A DNA stretch of 64,000 nucleotides, taken from positions 34,011,363 to 34,075,362 of the forward strand of contig NC_057718.1 of assembly GCF_004010195.1 (NCBI RefSeq), in the 5' to 3' direction. This document shows, piece after piece, positions 12,476 through 25,245 of this stretch. A model generated the notes under the pieces. It saw only the letters and a program-made list of their open reading frames with translations. It ran no database searches and was not told where the DNA came from. Position 1 is the stretch's first letter; each line of letters starts with the position of its first letter. Both the position numbers and the translations under genes were made by a program. The stretch comes from Chiloscyllium plagiosum (taxonomy: Eukaryota).

Positions 12476-12910
12476 TGCCGTGGCTCAGTTGGTCACAATA
12501 TTCTGTCAGAGTCACAAGGTTTAAGTTGAATCACATCCAGGGCTTGAACACAGAAGTCAAGGCTAACACTCCAATGCTGCATTGTTTGAGGTACTGTCTC
12601 TGGGATGAGATGTTAAACAGTGACCCTGTCAGTCTGCTTGCAAATAGAAAAGATTCCATGGCACTATGTCAAAGAAAAAGCAAGGGAGTTCTCTTTGGGG
12701 TCCTGGCCAATATTTTTCCCTCAATCAACTTCAGAAAAGGAGACTATCTGGTTGTTATCGCAAAGTTATTTGTAGGAGTTTTCTGTGTGCAAATTAGCGG
12801 CCATGTTTCCAAAATTAAACAGTGACTAAACTTCAAAAATACATCATTCGCTGCAAAGTATTTTGAGATATCCAATGATGGTGAAAAGTGCCGTAAAAAT
12901 GAAAGCTTTC
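12476..12910 (+). mobile_element. Deu-domain SINE (SacSINE1/AmnSINE1-like)
   Basis: tRNA-like head (TGGCTCAGTTGGT...GGTTTAAG); central GGATGAGATGTTAAAC..AAAAGATTCCATGGCACTA..GTCCTGGCCAATATTT.TCCCTCAA recognised as the Deu domain from memory. Confidence 0.7.
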
Positions 12911-13227
12911 CTTAAAAATTGTATGTTATCTTCTTGGATCTTTTCTCTAAAAATTATTTCTATTCTGTTGCGTTTTTATTAAATTATTATTGATTCTTCG
13001 CACTGTGGATCCCTCTAGGATTTATCTGAATTAACCTATCCCTGCTGATAGTATCTTTGGCTTGTCAATTTTCCTCATTGTCCTGAACTTAGAGCCATAC
13101 AGAAATAACGATGACTTTATAAACTATCTGCTTTGTTTTTATAAATTGTTTCAGATTTCTCATTCTTGCTTAATTTTCCAAAAGTGGCAGAGATCAATCC
13201 AATCATTTTAACAATTCCCGTTCCACA

Positions 13228-13330
13228 AAGTTCTGAAGAAGAGTCGTACTGGACCCAAAGTGTGAACTTTGTTTCTCTCTCCACAGATGCTGCCAGACCT
13301 ACTGAGTTCTCCAGCACTTTCTGTGTTTGT
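13228..13330 (+). mobile_element. Penelope-like pLTR fragment, second family
   Basis: Similar to 10255-10350; CTGAAGAAGAGTC..GACCC motif flanked by AAGTT/AACTT. Confidence 0.65.
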
Positions 13331-13749
13331 TTAAGCTTTTCAGCAATATTTTGCCTTTTTCTGATTCTCTGATATAAACGTACCAAGGCATACAAACCTG
13401 TTAGGATTGCTCCAACTGTATTGTGTACACCATCCTGATATTTCCCAAATTACATGATCTTTTGAGTCATCTGTATTTCAAATATTCTAATCTCCATGTA
13501 AACCTTAACAGTTAATCACCACATATCTGTTTTAGATGTTACCATAAGGTCAATGTTATCAGCAAATCTAAAATTGCTTAAAATTTTGCCACATAAGGTG
13601 ACTCCTCCAATATCATCCTCAAATGTAAGATATATTTTTGTTTCAATGCAAGATTAAATAAATTATTGGATAGTTTGTATCCTGTCTCAAACCCAGTTGT
13701 TAATTAAAATGAGGTTATTATTCACACTGAGATCACGGATATGTTATAG

Positions 13750-13997
13750 TTCATAGAATCATGGACTCCCTATAGCTTGGAAATAGGCCCTTTGGCCCAA
13801 CAAGTCCACACCGACCCTCCAAAGAGTAACCCATCCAGATCCATTCCCCCTACCCTATATTTATCCCTGACTAATGCACTCAACCTATACACCCCTAAAC
13901 ACTATGGGCAATTTAGCATGGCCAATTCATCTAACTTGCACATCTTTGGATTGTGGGAGGAAACCGGAGCACCCGGAGGAAACCCACGCAGACACGA
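13750..13997 (-). mobile_element. HE1-type SINE, 5'-truncated
   Basis: Matches the HE1 body at 34300-34480 (GGGAGGAAACCGGAG..GGAAACCCACGCAGACACG). Confidence 0.85.
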
Positions 13998-14407
13998 GGT
14001 TGTTTCCATCAGTCTGCCACATTTCTTAGGAATATTCATACATCCTTAATACAAAGAATGCTATATCCCTCTTGTCATACACTGTCATAAAATCCATGAA
14101 ATTACTTTGAATATAGTTTTCTGCAATCAGTCTTATCACAAACAGTTGATTGATTGTTCTTTATTATGATCTAAAACCAGTTCTTCTTCATGCAGGAACA
14201 GACACATATCTACCACAATCAACACTTTTCCCAATATAGCCAGTAAGCTGAAGCCTCTGTGATTGCTGCATTGGTTTGTTTCCCTTTTTGAACACTTATT
14301 ACATCCTTACAGTCTCAAATAACAAGGATACCTGTGTCAGGCACCTAATTATTGACTATAGTTCCACCTTCAACACCATAATTCCAAACAAACTCACCTA
14401 TAAATTA

Positions 14408-14583
14408 GGCAGCATCCAGGGAACAGGAGAATCGACGTTTCGGGCATAAGCCCTTCTTCCTGAAGAAGGGCTTATGCCCGAAACGTCGATTCTCCTGTTC
14501 CCTGGATGCTGCCTGACCTGCTGCGCTTTTCCAGCAACACATTTTCAGCTCTGATCTCCAGCATCTGCAGACCTCACTTTCTC
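14408..14583. mobile_element. Penelope-like head-to-head hairpin insertion with 15-bp TSD
   Basis: Perfect 53-bp inverted arms 14407-14459 / 14462-14514; CTCACCTATAAATTA at 14393-14407 and 14584-14598. Confidence 0.9.
14460..14487 (+). ncRNA. Minimal hammerhead ribozyme-like core within the PLE terminal repeat
   Basis: CUGAAGA-A-GGGC(UUAU)GCCC-GAAA-CGUC; palindromic ACGU in place of stem III; stem I weak. Confidence 0.62.
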
Positions 14584-15597
14584 CTCACCTATAAATTACC
14601 AGACCTAGATCTCAGCACCCCCCCTCTGTAACTGGATCCTCGGGTTCCTGATTCATAGACCACAATCAATAAGAATAAGTGACAAAACCTCCTCCACCAT
14701 ATTCCTCAACACTGGTGGTCCGCAGGGCTGTGTACTCAGCCCCCTGTGATACTCCTTATACACACAACTGTGTGGCCAATTCCACCACAATTCCATTTAC
14801 AAGCTTGCTGATGACACCAGATTGGATCTCAAACAATGATGAGTCAGAATACAGGAAAGAGATTGAGTGCTGAGTTGCATGGTGTAAAGACAACAATCTC
14901 TCCCTCAACGTCAGTGAAGTGAAGGAGCTGGTGATTAACTTCAGGAAGCAGAGTGGAGGGTGTGTCCCTCTCTGCATCAATGGTGCTGAGGTGGAGACGG
15001 TCAAAAGTGTGAAGTTCCTGGCAGCACTGATCACTAACAATCTGTCCCGGTCAACCCACGTCGACACGAGAGTCAAGAAGGCATAACAACAACTCTAATT
15101 CCTCAGGAGGCTAAGGAAATTCAGCATGTCCACAAGGACTCTTACCAGTTTTTATAGATGCACCATAGAAAGCATCCTGACTAAATACATCACAACCTAG
15201 TATGGTAACTGTTCTTCTCAAGACTGAGAGAAACTACAGAGTCAGTCGTGAACATTGCCCAGTCCATAATACAAACCAGCCTCTCAACCATTGACTCCAA
15301 CTCTACTTCCTGCTGCCTTAGGAAAGCAACTACCATAAGCATAGACCCCTCCCATCCCTGTTATATTATTTTCCACCCTCTGTCTTTGGGCAGCAGATAT
15401 AAATGTTTGAATACACATACAGACAGATTCACGAACAGCTTCTTTCTTGCTGTTATCAGACTTTTGAACAGACCTCTCAAATGTTAACATTGATCTCTCT
15501 CTCTGCACCCTCTCTGCAGCAGTAACATTGCATTCTGCACTCTGTTCTGCTACCCTAGTGCTCGTTGTATGGTATGATCTGCCTGTATAGCGTACAA

Positions 15598-16571
15598 CTA
15601 AAAGGTAGTGAGGACTGCAGATGCCGGAAAGTCAGAGTGGATAAAGTGTGGCCTGACAGTATGTCAGGCAGTATCCAAGGAGCAGGAGAGTCAATGTTTC
15701 AGGCATGATCCTTCATCAGGACTGGGGAGGCGGAAGGGAGCTGAGAAATAAATAGAGAGAGTAGTGTTGGGGCTCAGGGAAAGGTAGGTGGGATGGTGAT
15801 AGGTAGGTGAAGGTAGGAGGTGTTTGTGATTGCTCGGTGGGGAGGGTGGAGCAGATAGGTGGGAAGGAAGATGGACAGGTAGGACAGTTCAAGAAGGCGG
15901 TGTTGAGTCAGAAGTTTGACAAGGCCCTAAAGCATCATTTCAAATCCGACAGAGATTTACTTGCAGATCCTCAAACCTCATTTAGTGCATCCATTGCTCT
16001 TGATTTGGTCTCCTCAACACCGGGGAGATCGAGCACAAACTCGTGGAACGGTTCAGGGAACATCTGTAGTCCGTGTGCACCAACTAACCTCACCTTCCTG
16101 TGGCCAACCATTTCAATTCCCCCTCTCTCTCCCCCCATGACATGTCCATTCTGGGCCTCCTCCACCACCTAAACAAGGCCACCTGCAAGCTGGAGGAAGA
16201 ACACCTCAACTTCCAACTCAGGAGCCTACAACCAGAACTCAATATCAAATTCACCAGTCTCCAAATCTCTGCAACCCCACCCCAGATCCAACCCTCCCCC
16301 TCAGCACTGCCCTCTTGACCTGTCCTACCTGTCTATCTTCCTTCCCATCTATCCGCTCCACACTTCACACCATCCTATCACAATCACCTCCTAGCTGCAT
16401 CCACCTATCAGCATCCCACCTACTTTTTCCCTAGCCCACCTCACTCCCCTGTTTATTTCTCAGCCCGCTTCCTCAGGCCTGATAAAGGCTCATGTCTGAA
16501 ACCTTGACTCTCCTGCTCCTTGGATGCTACCTGATCTGCTGTGCTTTTTCCAGCACCACACTTTATCAACT
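15598..16571 (+). mobile_element. Penelope-like element with inverted 5' pLTR (~15605-15915 minus) and GIY-YIG remnant
   Basis: ANHFNSPS..DMSILGLLH..CKLEEEHL.FQL; ~15-bp TSD CTGTATAGC(GT/AC)ACAA at 15583-15597 and 16572-16586. Confidence 0.82.
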
Positions 16572-17129
16572 CTGTATAGCACACAAAACAACACTTTTCA
16601 CTGTATCTTGGTACATGTGACAACAATCAGTCTCCAGCTACATGCCATTCCCAAAAATGATGAAATAATCTTTGCATTATTTCCACTGTGTGTCATATGC
16701 CAACAGCAACTCAGTCATTACCTTTTAGATGAGGAGCTGCCTCCTTTGTCGAACAATTAATAGAAAACTTTACTATGTCTTCCATTAAATTCAGCATCAA
16801 CTGTCCAACATTTGAGCAAGAGACTGATTTATCCACCCTGCTCTATACACTGTATATAGTTCTTAAGATTATTCTTTCCACAGTTTGCAATAATGCATAA
16901 AGAAATATAGAACCGTGGATGAAAGGTTGTGTTTTATAAACAAAAAGCGAAGAGAGCCCACTTTTGAACTGGCCGCGAGATGATGCAGTTAACCGCAGGG
17001 TTGGTGCTGAGTCCATTTTTTCTTCTTAACGTTGATTAATAATTCAGAATTCATATGCGCCATAACCTTGAAGCATGTTGATCAAACCAAAGTCAAACAA
17101 TTGACAAACGGTGAGGAGAACTGTAAAAT

Positions 17130-17790
17130 AGGGATAAATTAGCAGGCAGTGTCGGCTGCAGTTTAATGTGGATTATGTGAGGTAATACATTTTAGAAGAT
17201 AAGGGAATGGGATCATAAACGTAGCTGAAAGATACTGAAATGTGAGTAAGAACCAAAACTGAGAGTTCAAAAAGGCTAATGGTAATCAAAGCAATTTAAT
17301 TAATATAATTATTGCTTTTTATAAAATATATATTAATATTGCAGTCTATTAATTATGAATTTATTTATAAAAAGCACTAGTTCGGCAACAGTTTAGTAAT
17401 TTATTAAGTTTTGATAATCCCATTATGGGTATTAATTTAGTTTCACCTGAATGAGGCCTGTGTTGTAAGAGTTTCACTGGACAAATGAAGGCCATGATAA
17501 GAAATGTTGATTTTTTTAAAAAAAACTTCTGAAGCACTTTGACAGATTAAGAAGGGTTTTTTTTTGTTGAATGTGAAGTTTATGAAAAGGGATGATCACT
17601 TAAGAACAATCAGTAAGGAAGTGTAAGGAGATTAGGAAAAGTTGAAACAGAGATTGCATAATTTAAGGAAAAACTGAATAGATATTTGAAGAGAAAGGTT
17701 ACAAGAGTTTGAGGTGAAATTCAGGGAACATATGATTTCAATTGCTTGAGCAAACAACCATTGCAGACTGCATGAAATCACAGGTCACTT
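17130..17790 (+). mobile_element. Very old CR1-like 3' remnant
   Basis: Degenerate motifs (TGCAGTTTAATGTGGAT.ATGTGAGGTAATACATTT; ATTTAAGGAAAAACTGAATAGATATTTG). Confidence 0.45.
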
Positions 17791-20700
17791 CATGGTTTTA
17801 TGCTGGACTGTATTATATTTAACTTTATACTTCGTATTTATTACAATACAAAACGTATTGCACACTCAGTTGCACTCAACTTTGGGGAAAAGAAATATCT
17901 TGGAGAAAGTGTGACCAATATTTGTTTTATTAAAGTTTCCCTGATGAATACCATATATAAATGGTCATTTCATGATGTTCCATGATGCATGCATGAAATG
18001 CCCATCAAAGACCAATTATTTCTGGGCAGCTTAATGAAAACCACAGAACAGGCAGCTCCAGATGACAACTGTACAGACAGTGGTTACAAACAGGTCATCT
18101 GCTTCTTGGCATTTGAGGAATAGTGGGTAGCACCAGAGAGATGAGGGGGAGGAATGGACAAATGTAAATTCAAAGACATTTTACATTGCATAGTGACTGA
18201 GGTCATGAACGTTTGAAAATGTGAATTGTACTTTATGCAAATAATGAGCATCTGATTTTATGGGGGTGCACAGGACTTCAGGATTTGCTGTGACGAATAT
18301 AAACATACTGGTTGCTAAAATACCATGGATTAGATGTATATTTTTGATCAATATTAATAATTTATATAAATATTAAAAATGCCCAACTTCCAAAAGTGAA
18401 TTTTAGAGATCCACAACTATCCAGTTGCACCTCAGAATTTGTAATACTTCTAATCGTTCAGTCCTTTCTATTTATTTGAAGTTGGCTCCCTTCTAACTCA
18501 TAATTAAATGATTATTATCAGTTGATTTTAAATTCTTTTGCACTCAGAATGCATAGGATTTTATTTTGATGTCTTTGGTGTAATACCAGTATTTTTCAGA
18601 TGGTGGCACTCTATCTACATGTCAACAATAAATTGCAACTGATTCAGATGGCCATAATTCACAAGGATCACTGCATGCACATCCTGAATGAGTCCCATTT
18701 ATTGATGTTAGAACAATAGCAAATTTTAAGGCTAAAATCTTTCATAAAATGTTTGTACTTTCTTAGTAGTTCAGAATCAAGCAATAATGTGTTGTTCATG
18801 CAACTGATGATACGTAGAAAAGAAATGGGAGTCCCAAGTTTGTAAGAGCCCTTTTACTGATTTATTTAGTGCCCTAGTACACTAAACTGCAGAAAAGTGT
18901 GGAGAATAAGTGAAAGAGTAATAATCAATTTCTACAATTTTAGTCATCAGGAAAAGAATGAACCCATGTCGTTCCATTCCATATGGATATAGATCCGAGG
19001 CAGGGGTTAAGGGGTTCTTGGTAATTGATTAAATTTAAAGACTTCAGGAACAATGTTAAAACATATATATTTCCCACCTTTTCTTGCTTGATAAATATAT
19101 TATCCACTTTGATGCTGTCTCCTAGAATTAATAAAAAACTCCCGACTTCATCCCGAGTCAGTAGTGAGTTTACTGATCTCAGTCAATGGGACAGTGGGCA
19201 TGCTACAGTTTTGTCATTGGGCTAAACCCGATTGGGGACATCAGTTAGACATACTACTCCTGATTATTATCCAGAGGTTTCTGATTTGAATGCGGGAAAG
19301 ACTGAGTTCTCTGCTCAAATGTGCAAACCCCCATTTCCATGATAAGTACAGAAAGACCAGTGAAATTGAACCTCAGCAAAAGACAACATGCCAGGAGAGA
19401 ATAATTTTGAGGGAAAGAAGATTAATATTTTTTAACATTAAGGAAATTATTGGACATCTTAGTATTTTTTTAGATAAAGTTACACTGCTCACAAATAATT
19501 ACAAAATGGGATTTTTTAATGTAATAGTAAACTGTTTATTTCTGCTGTTTGAAATCTGAAATAAAAATGGAAAATGCTGGAGATACTCAACAAATCTGCA
19601 ACAGAGAAACTGAATTAATGTTGTCAGTTGAATATAACTAAAAAGGGGCATTTTTTTAACTCTGTTCTCTCTCTAAGGTGCTACCAGACATGCTGACTAT
19701 TGCCAGGAGCTCCTATTTAACTTAATTAATTTTTTAAATGTAGATTGCAAATTTTTTTATATCTTTATATTGCACAGGTCATCAAGGAGATTAATTGCTC
19801 CACTCCTAACAAAATGATGTTTTTTTTCAGGATCAATATATGTAATAGTAAAGTCCATTCAAGTTTGCCAAGCTTCAGTATACATTAGCTCCAATTCATT
19901 TTAACTTTATTTATACACCTCACACTGTTATGCCCCATCCCATTAATTTTAATTCTCATTCATAAATTTCTCAAGTTATATCCACTCTTCATCTATTCCC
20001 TGCTTTGGCCTGATGCCTCCTTCCTTCTGACTCCAGGAAGTGCCCATTTCTTTATTGCTCCAATGGGCATCTTTCAGTGCCTCACTTTAACCCTGCTGTT
20101 ATTCTTAACTAAGACTTGACATTAAGCATTAGATGAATTTTGAGAAGAGAGACATTTATTACAAGCCATGTGTGCACTTGGACTTCCAGAAGGAACTGTT
20201 GCTCAGCAATAAGAAGTTGAAATCCTGGCTAATTTCTCTTCTCTGGTCCACAGACATTGAGTAGAATTATAGCACCTCTTCTGAGTACACCTGATGAGAT
20301 CAGTGAGCTCACCATTGATAATCAAATCTAAAGTAGTTAGCTACTTGTTCAATAAACTGTCATAGGATCAGGGGAACCTCAGTGCATACTTTTAAATTGT
20401 TATTTGTGGCTACATTAACAGTTAAATGCACTAAGCCAGAGGGAGGATGGGTGGCAGTCTTGAGTCATCAGGCAGTAGAAAATGTAAATTACTCAATAGT
20501 TTAAAATTTTTTAAAGAATGTTTTAAATTACATTTATTATTGCTTTCTTATGTTTCCCCAAGTTACCTGAAAGGAGAGGTATGCAATTAATACTTTTAGA
20601 TTATATATCTTATATTTATATTCCAAATTAAATATATTAACATCACAATTACTTGCTGATGGTAAAGTATACCTTGGGTTTTCATAAATTCCAATTGTAT

Positions 20701-21775
20701 CAACAGATACCAAGAAGGGTAATGGGTAATTTTTATAATGCATTGGGAAGTTAACTTGTAACTTGTGTGCTGATGCCAGCAGCAATTTTTCTGAATGAAA
20801 ATGAGCCAGATGTAGTTTTCTTTTCTGATACTAAACTTCAAATAATTTCCAAAGTTGCAAAAGAAGAAAAAACACAAAGGCAAAGGTAAGTCAAAGTATT
20901 CATTCTGAACTGAGTTTTCTCTTTAAATAGCAAACTACAAGTGAAAAAGCAATGCAGAATTAGAACTATTTAGAAATGCTGGAAGGTTGCACAGTATATA
21001 ACACTTGCTGCAGTTAAGTTTCCTTATACAGTGCACTCAAAAAGACCCAAAACAAATATAAAGTTATATGCAATTTGCAAAAGATTGATGTACTTCAACT
21101 GTTTATACTGTGGAAATGCAAATACCAAAGCTGGATAAGACATCAATCATGAGTAAAAAGACATAGTTTATAAAGAGGCCCTGTGGCACAGTGTAAACCT
21201 AAATAATACAACTGTGGTGTACTGAAGATTTTGTAGATACATAGATCTTACACTTTATTCAGGAATATTAAACTCTTTATATTCAGTCCACACGAATAAG
21301 TAGATGGTCTCTACTTAAGTCCAACTTACAAGCAGCTCCTCTTTTCCAAAGTATAGGTGGTGGGACTTCCAATATTTTTCTATAGAAATATAACTGGAGA
21401 TGGCAAAAGACGCACCAAAGAAATGTTTACATACTTTACAAACGTACCTATGTTACATGTTAGTTTAGAATTGACAATGAGGAAAAGATTTATCCATCAT
21501 CAGAAACAAAATCAAAAATATAAATATATCGCCTTATCACCTCATTTCAAATATTTTGAAGCTATGCATTCAGATACTGTGAATTATTTGGAAGTATTAT
21601 AATTGGTAAGAAGGCACATCATTGAATTTCCTTTGTACTGGTGAGTGTTAGATTTTCTGATCATTGGGCTTCTCGATCGTCCAAATAATCTAAGTTTTCT
21701 ACTGGCATAGTGTGTGTCCCATCAATTACAGATGTCATTTAACTCTCTAATTTTTGAAGCACTAAACAGTTATTG

Positions 21776-22030
21776 AGTCATAGAGGACTACAGTACAGAG
21801 AAAGGCCCTTTGATCCATTCAGTCTGTGCTGATCAGAAACAATCACCATTGTAATCCCATTTCTAACACTTGGCCCATACCATTGTATGCTTTGAGGGTT
21901 TCTGCCTCCACCACCATTACAGGAAGTGATTTCCAGACTTCCACCATGCTCTGCGTGAAAAATCATTTCCTCTCATCCCCTATAAGCCTTAAATCACCTA
22001 CCCTTTGTGTTATATCCATGTCCCTGGTCA
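21776..22030 (-). mobile_element. CR1-type 3' tail fragment
   Basis: AGTCATAGAG..ACAG.ACAGAGAAAGGCCCTT; GCCTCCACCACC..TTCCAGACTTCCACCATGCTCTGCGTGAAAAA. Confidence 0.65.
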
Positions 22031-22120
22031 TTATGTCAGCCAACCAAGAAGTCATCTTGGTTGAAAATACAAAATTCTGCCAATCAGAAACCTACATTTT
22101 CCCATATTGTGATATCCTGC

Positions 22121-22250
22121 ATTCCTGATGAAGGGTTTTTGCCCGCAACGTCAACTCTCCTGCTGCTCAGATGCTGCCTGACCTGCTGTGCTTTTCCAGC
22201 ATCACACTCTCAACTATGATCTCCACCATCTGCAGTCCTCACTCTCACCT
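22121..22250 (+). mobile_element. Solo Penelope-like pLTR with degenerate hammerhead core (22125-22152)
   Basis: ATTCCTGATGAAGGGTTTTTGCCCGCAACGTC...GATCTCCACCATCTGCAGTCCTCACT. Confidence 0.8.
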
Positions 22251-24949
22251 TCCTGAAGTGTTCCCCCATTCCTGTTTTGTGGCCATTTATACAATTTCTT
22301 TGAGACTTTATAAATTAGGTTTTTATTCCTATATAGAAATGATCACTATGACTCTTAACCTTTAAGATCACCATGTACCATGCTCCAACAGAAAAACTGA
22401 ATGTCAGCCAAACCAGCTGGGTCAACTCTACTGACATAGCACATGTTAATATAAAAAGATCAAGAATGAACTGTTTATTGTCATGGTCAGCTCATGCTGC
22501 AGCCTGAAGATAGACAACGCCTTACAGGTAATTGTTTTTCTCAATTGCTTTAATTGCCATAAGAGTACAGTAATACATTGGCAATGATAGAGGTCTGGAG
22601 AGACTGCATTTTATAATAGTCAGGCACTAAAAATATCTGATGACTAAATATTCCCGCTCATTTAGGATTGTGTGAAATAATTAATTGCCAGACGGCATAA
22701 AGCCCATTAGTTGTGCAACAGTGACAAGTTTATATACCCTATCACGTACAAGTAATGTCTTAGGAAAGCAGGCCTTAAACTAAAAGGGTGCTCAATTGAG
22801 AAATGTAACATCTGGCGAAAGCACAAGTTACTTGCACTAATTTAGGGTCTGTTTGATGTTAAAAATATTTATTAGAAAATTGTGACGTTATTGGCAACAA
22901 TGCATGGACAGTATTTAATAAATAAAGGGCAACATCACGAGTTAATTTTTCTTCATTCAGCCAGTGAGGGGTTAATGACCTTTGCTACATCTTTAGTCTT
23001 TTGCTACCATAGGGTGGAGATGTTGCACACGAGAGCGCTCGGTTCTGTTTAGAGACGGGTTCTCTAATTGTATTTGCAGCTCTTATTAGTCAAATCCTGA
23101 AAGCAAAATCGTTATGCAGTTTTTTTTGGGGGGGGGCGAAGAGGGCGGCGAGTGAAGTTATTTCTGAAAACTGAGCCTAGTCGGTTTTTAATAATTCGAT
23201 TTTACCCGTGGGGGGGAGAAAATAGGCAAGCTCTTTACTGAACGTTGCCCACTTGGAGGGGTGTGGGGGAACCAACGTGGCATATAAACAACCTCATGGG
23301 AGAGTGAAAACCGCTCAGGAAAACGTGGCAGAAACGGGGTAAAGCAAATGCAGTTTTAAGTCTTTCAAATGAATAAATAACACACCCTGAATGAAGTTAG
23401 ATCACGGGGGGTTCGTAGCACGTTGACTGATTAAACTCTCTCTCTAATTAAACTGACCCGCGCGGAATGTTTGGTTAACATGTACAATTGAGTTAAAATT
23501 TTTATTAATTGGAAAAAGTCTGGTAACGAGAGAGCAGGGGGGTGGTTCTTTCAAGTTTTTATCATCTGCTTCTAGACGTTCATTTCAAAAGTTTCCAAAA
23601 TAGGAGACTTCAATTGTACGTCATTCAATGCAAAAAAAAGTAATGGATGAAGAAGCACATTCAAGCGATCTAGGAGTTGGAGAAGGTGGGGCACTGCCTT
23701 ATTCCGCCAAATTGTAACCAGTTTTGTCAGGAGTGGCTGTGGCCATGGTCAGATCAGCTGGGAAGGTGCGGGCCAGAAAATGGACTGAAGTTCCCTTCTG
23801 GGAGCGCTAAAACTTCAGTCTTAATTCAGCCAGTTCCTGATCGTGGTGTAGGATCCACGTGAAATTAGCATTTGAAATAGACGAAAAGTCATCGAGACGT
23901 TGCAGAGAGCAAAGAATTCAAAAGACTTCTCGGCATATTTTTTTTTCAATGTTCACTTCCTGTCAGTGTTGGATCCACCCATCATGAAAGCCGCGGAGGG
24001 GGCTGGGTGCTTGCAAGAAACACGCAGTTGTAATTAGTCGCGCTGCACGTTGGTTGCGTGTCATTTTCTCCTGGTTTTCTGTCGGGAATAAATGTGCATT
24101 TCTGGAACTGTCTACTTTTCGTCCATTCCAGTAATTGTCCGGATTTATTGAAGACAATCTCGTTTTAAAAAGTAGTATTTTACATTAATGCTCTTCCCTG
24201 TTACAGCTTAGGAAAAAATGCCTCCAAGTTGCAATGACAAATTATTCTCATTGTACATTAAGTTGGAAAACCTTACTTTCGGCATCTTGGCAGCCGACTA
24301 CGTGCAATTGAATAGTTTTAGGCGATACTTCCTTTCATGCCTTTGATATTATCGTTTAAAGAAACTTAAACATTCGGTCTTCTAAGTTTAAAAGGAAAAC
24401 AAACGCCTGCACTATATATAAAGTGGGTTTTTTGCTCGATACATTAGTTGCGACTTTCACGGACTGAAAAAAGTTGTGCGTCTTGCCACCAAGTAATGCA
24501 AATCAGTTTTTTTTAATAAGATATTTAGAGCGAAGTGAGACGCTACACAGCAGTGCACATGTTAGTCCCACAGCGAATAAAGTGGGTTCTTTTAAAGAAA
24601 GACACCTCATATTCCATCAAGAAGCCCCTTCTAGCTCAAGACGAGAGGAAGGGAGGGTGGGTATGAAATCCCGCCAGTTTACTCAAAGCAAAGTCTCCGC
24701 TCGGATAGTGGCAGCCACAGCAGCAATGACGCATTCCCTCTTGTGTATCGGTATTTCACTGAAGACCAATACACTGCAAACCCTCCCAAAAGTTGCAAAA
24801 GCCCTTTGCAGCCGTGCTTTTTAAAAGAAAAGCCTTTAGACGGGCAGCTGCTTTAGTCAGACTGAATTTTTTTTGACAAAGTAATATTGACTTTCCCAGC
24901 TCGTAAGATAAGAGTTTTTTTGCACTTTAGCCTATGCTAACGAGTTAAG

Positions 24950-25055
24950 GAGCGCCTGTCAATCAAGCGGTTGTTGTCCTGACGACTCCGGGCCAGGGTT
25001 CGAAAGCAGGCTGGTTAAATCCCGCCCACTACCGAGCGCTCAATATTTATAACAA
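24950..25055 (+). promoter_or_regulatory. Probable ZFP36L2 core promoter
   Basis: TATA-like TATTTATAA 25044-25052, GC box CCCGCCC 25021-25027, CTGTCAATCA (TGATTGACAG on minus) 24956-24965, CpG-rich, ~200 bp upstream of the ATG; TSS not determined. Confidence 0.6.
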
Positions 25056-25245
25056 GGCAGACACAGCCAGCAGTTCTAGCAGTTCAACTTCGCCACCACC
25101 AAAAACAAGTCATTTTTTTTTTATTTTTTTTCCCTTTCTCTTTATACATTCGGACCTCACGTTTCTTTGCTGGGGAAAAAAGCAATTGTGACTCCAGCCC
25201 TTTCGCGAGAGCAGGATCTCAAGTTGTAGAAACTACTGCCTGAAG

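Larger units (their letters stand above)
14325..16630 (+). mobile_element. Rex1/Babar-type LINE remnant (RT to 3' end), split by two Penelope-like insertions
   Basis: IDYSSTFNTIIP motif from 14351, then CNWIL, QGCVLSP, FADDT-like and WCKDNNLSLNV motifs; the 3' end resumes at 16572. Confidence 0.8.

Noticed and set aside
14408..14514. pre-miRNA or DNA-transposon MITE interpretation of the hairpins
   Set aside because: Arms are copies of the PLE terminal repeat, arm ends are asymmetric, and the 12-15 bp TSDs vary in length, unlike MITE TIR/TSD patterns
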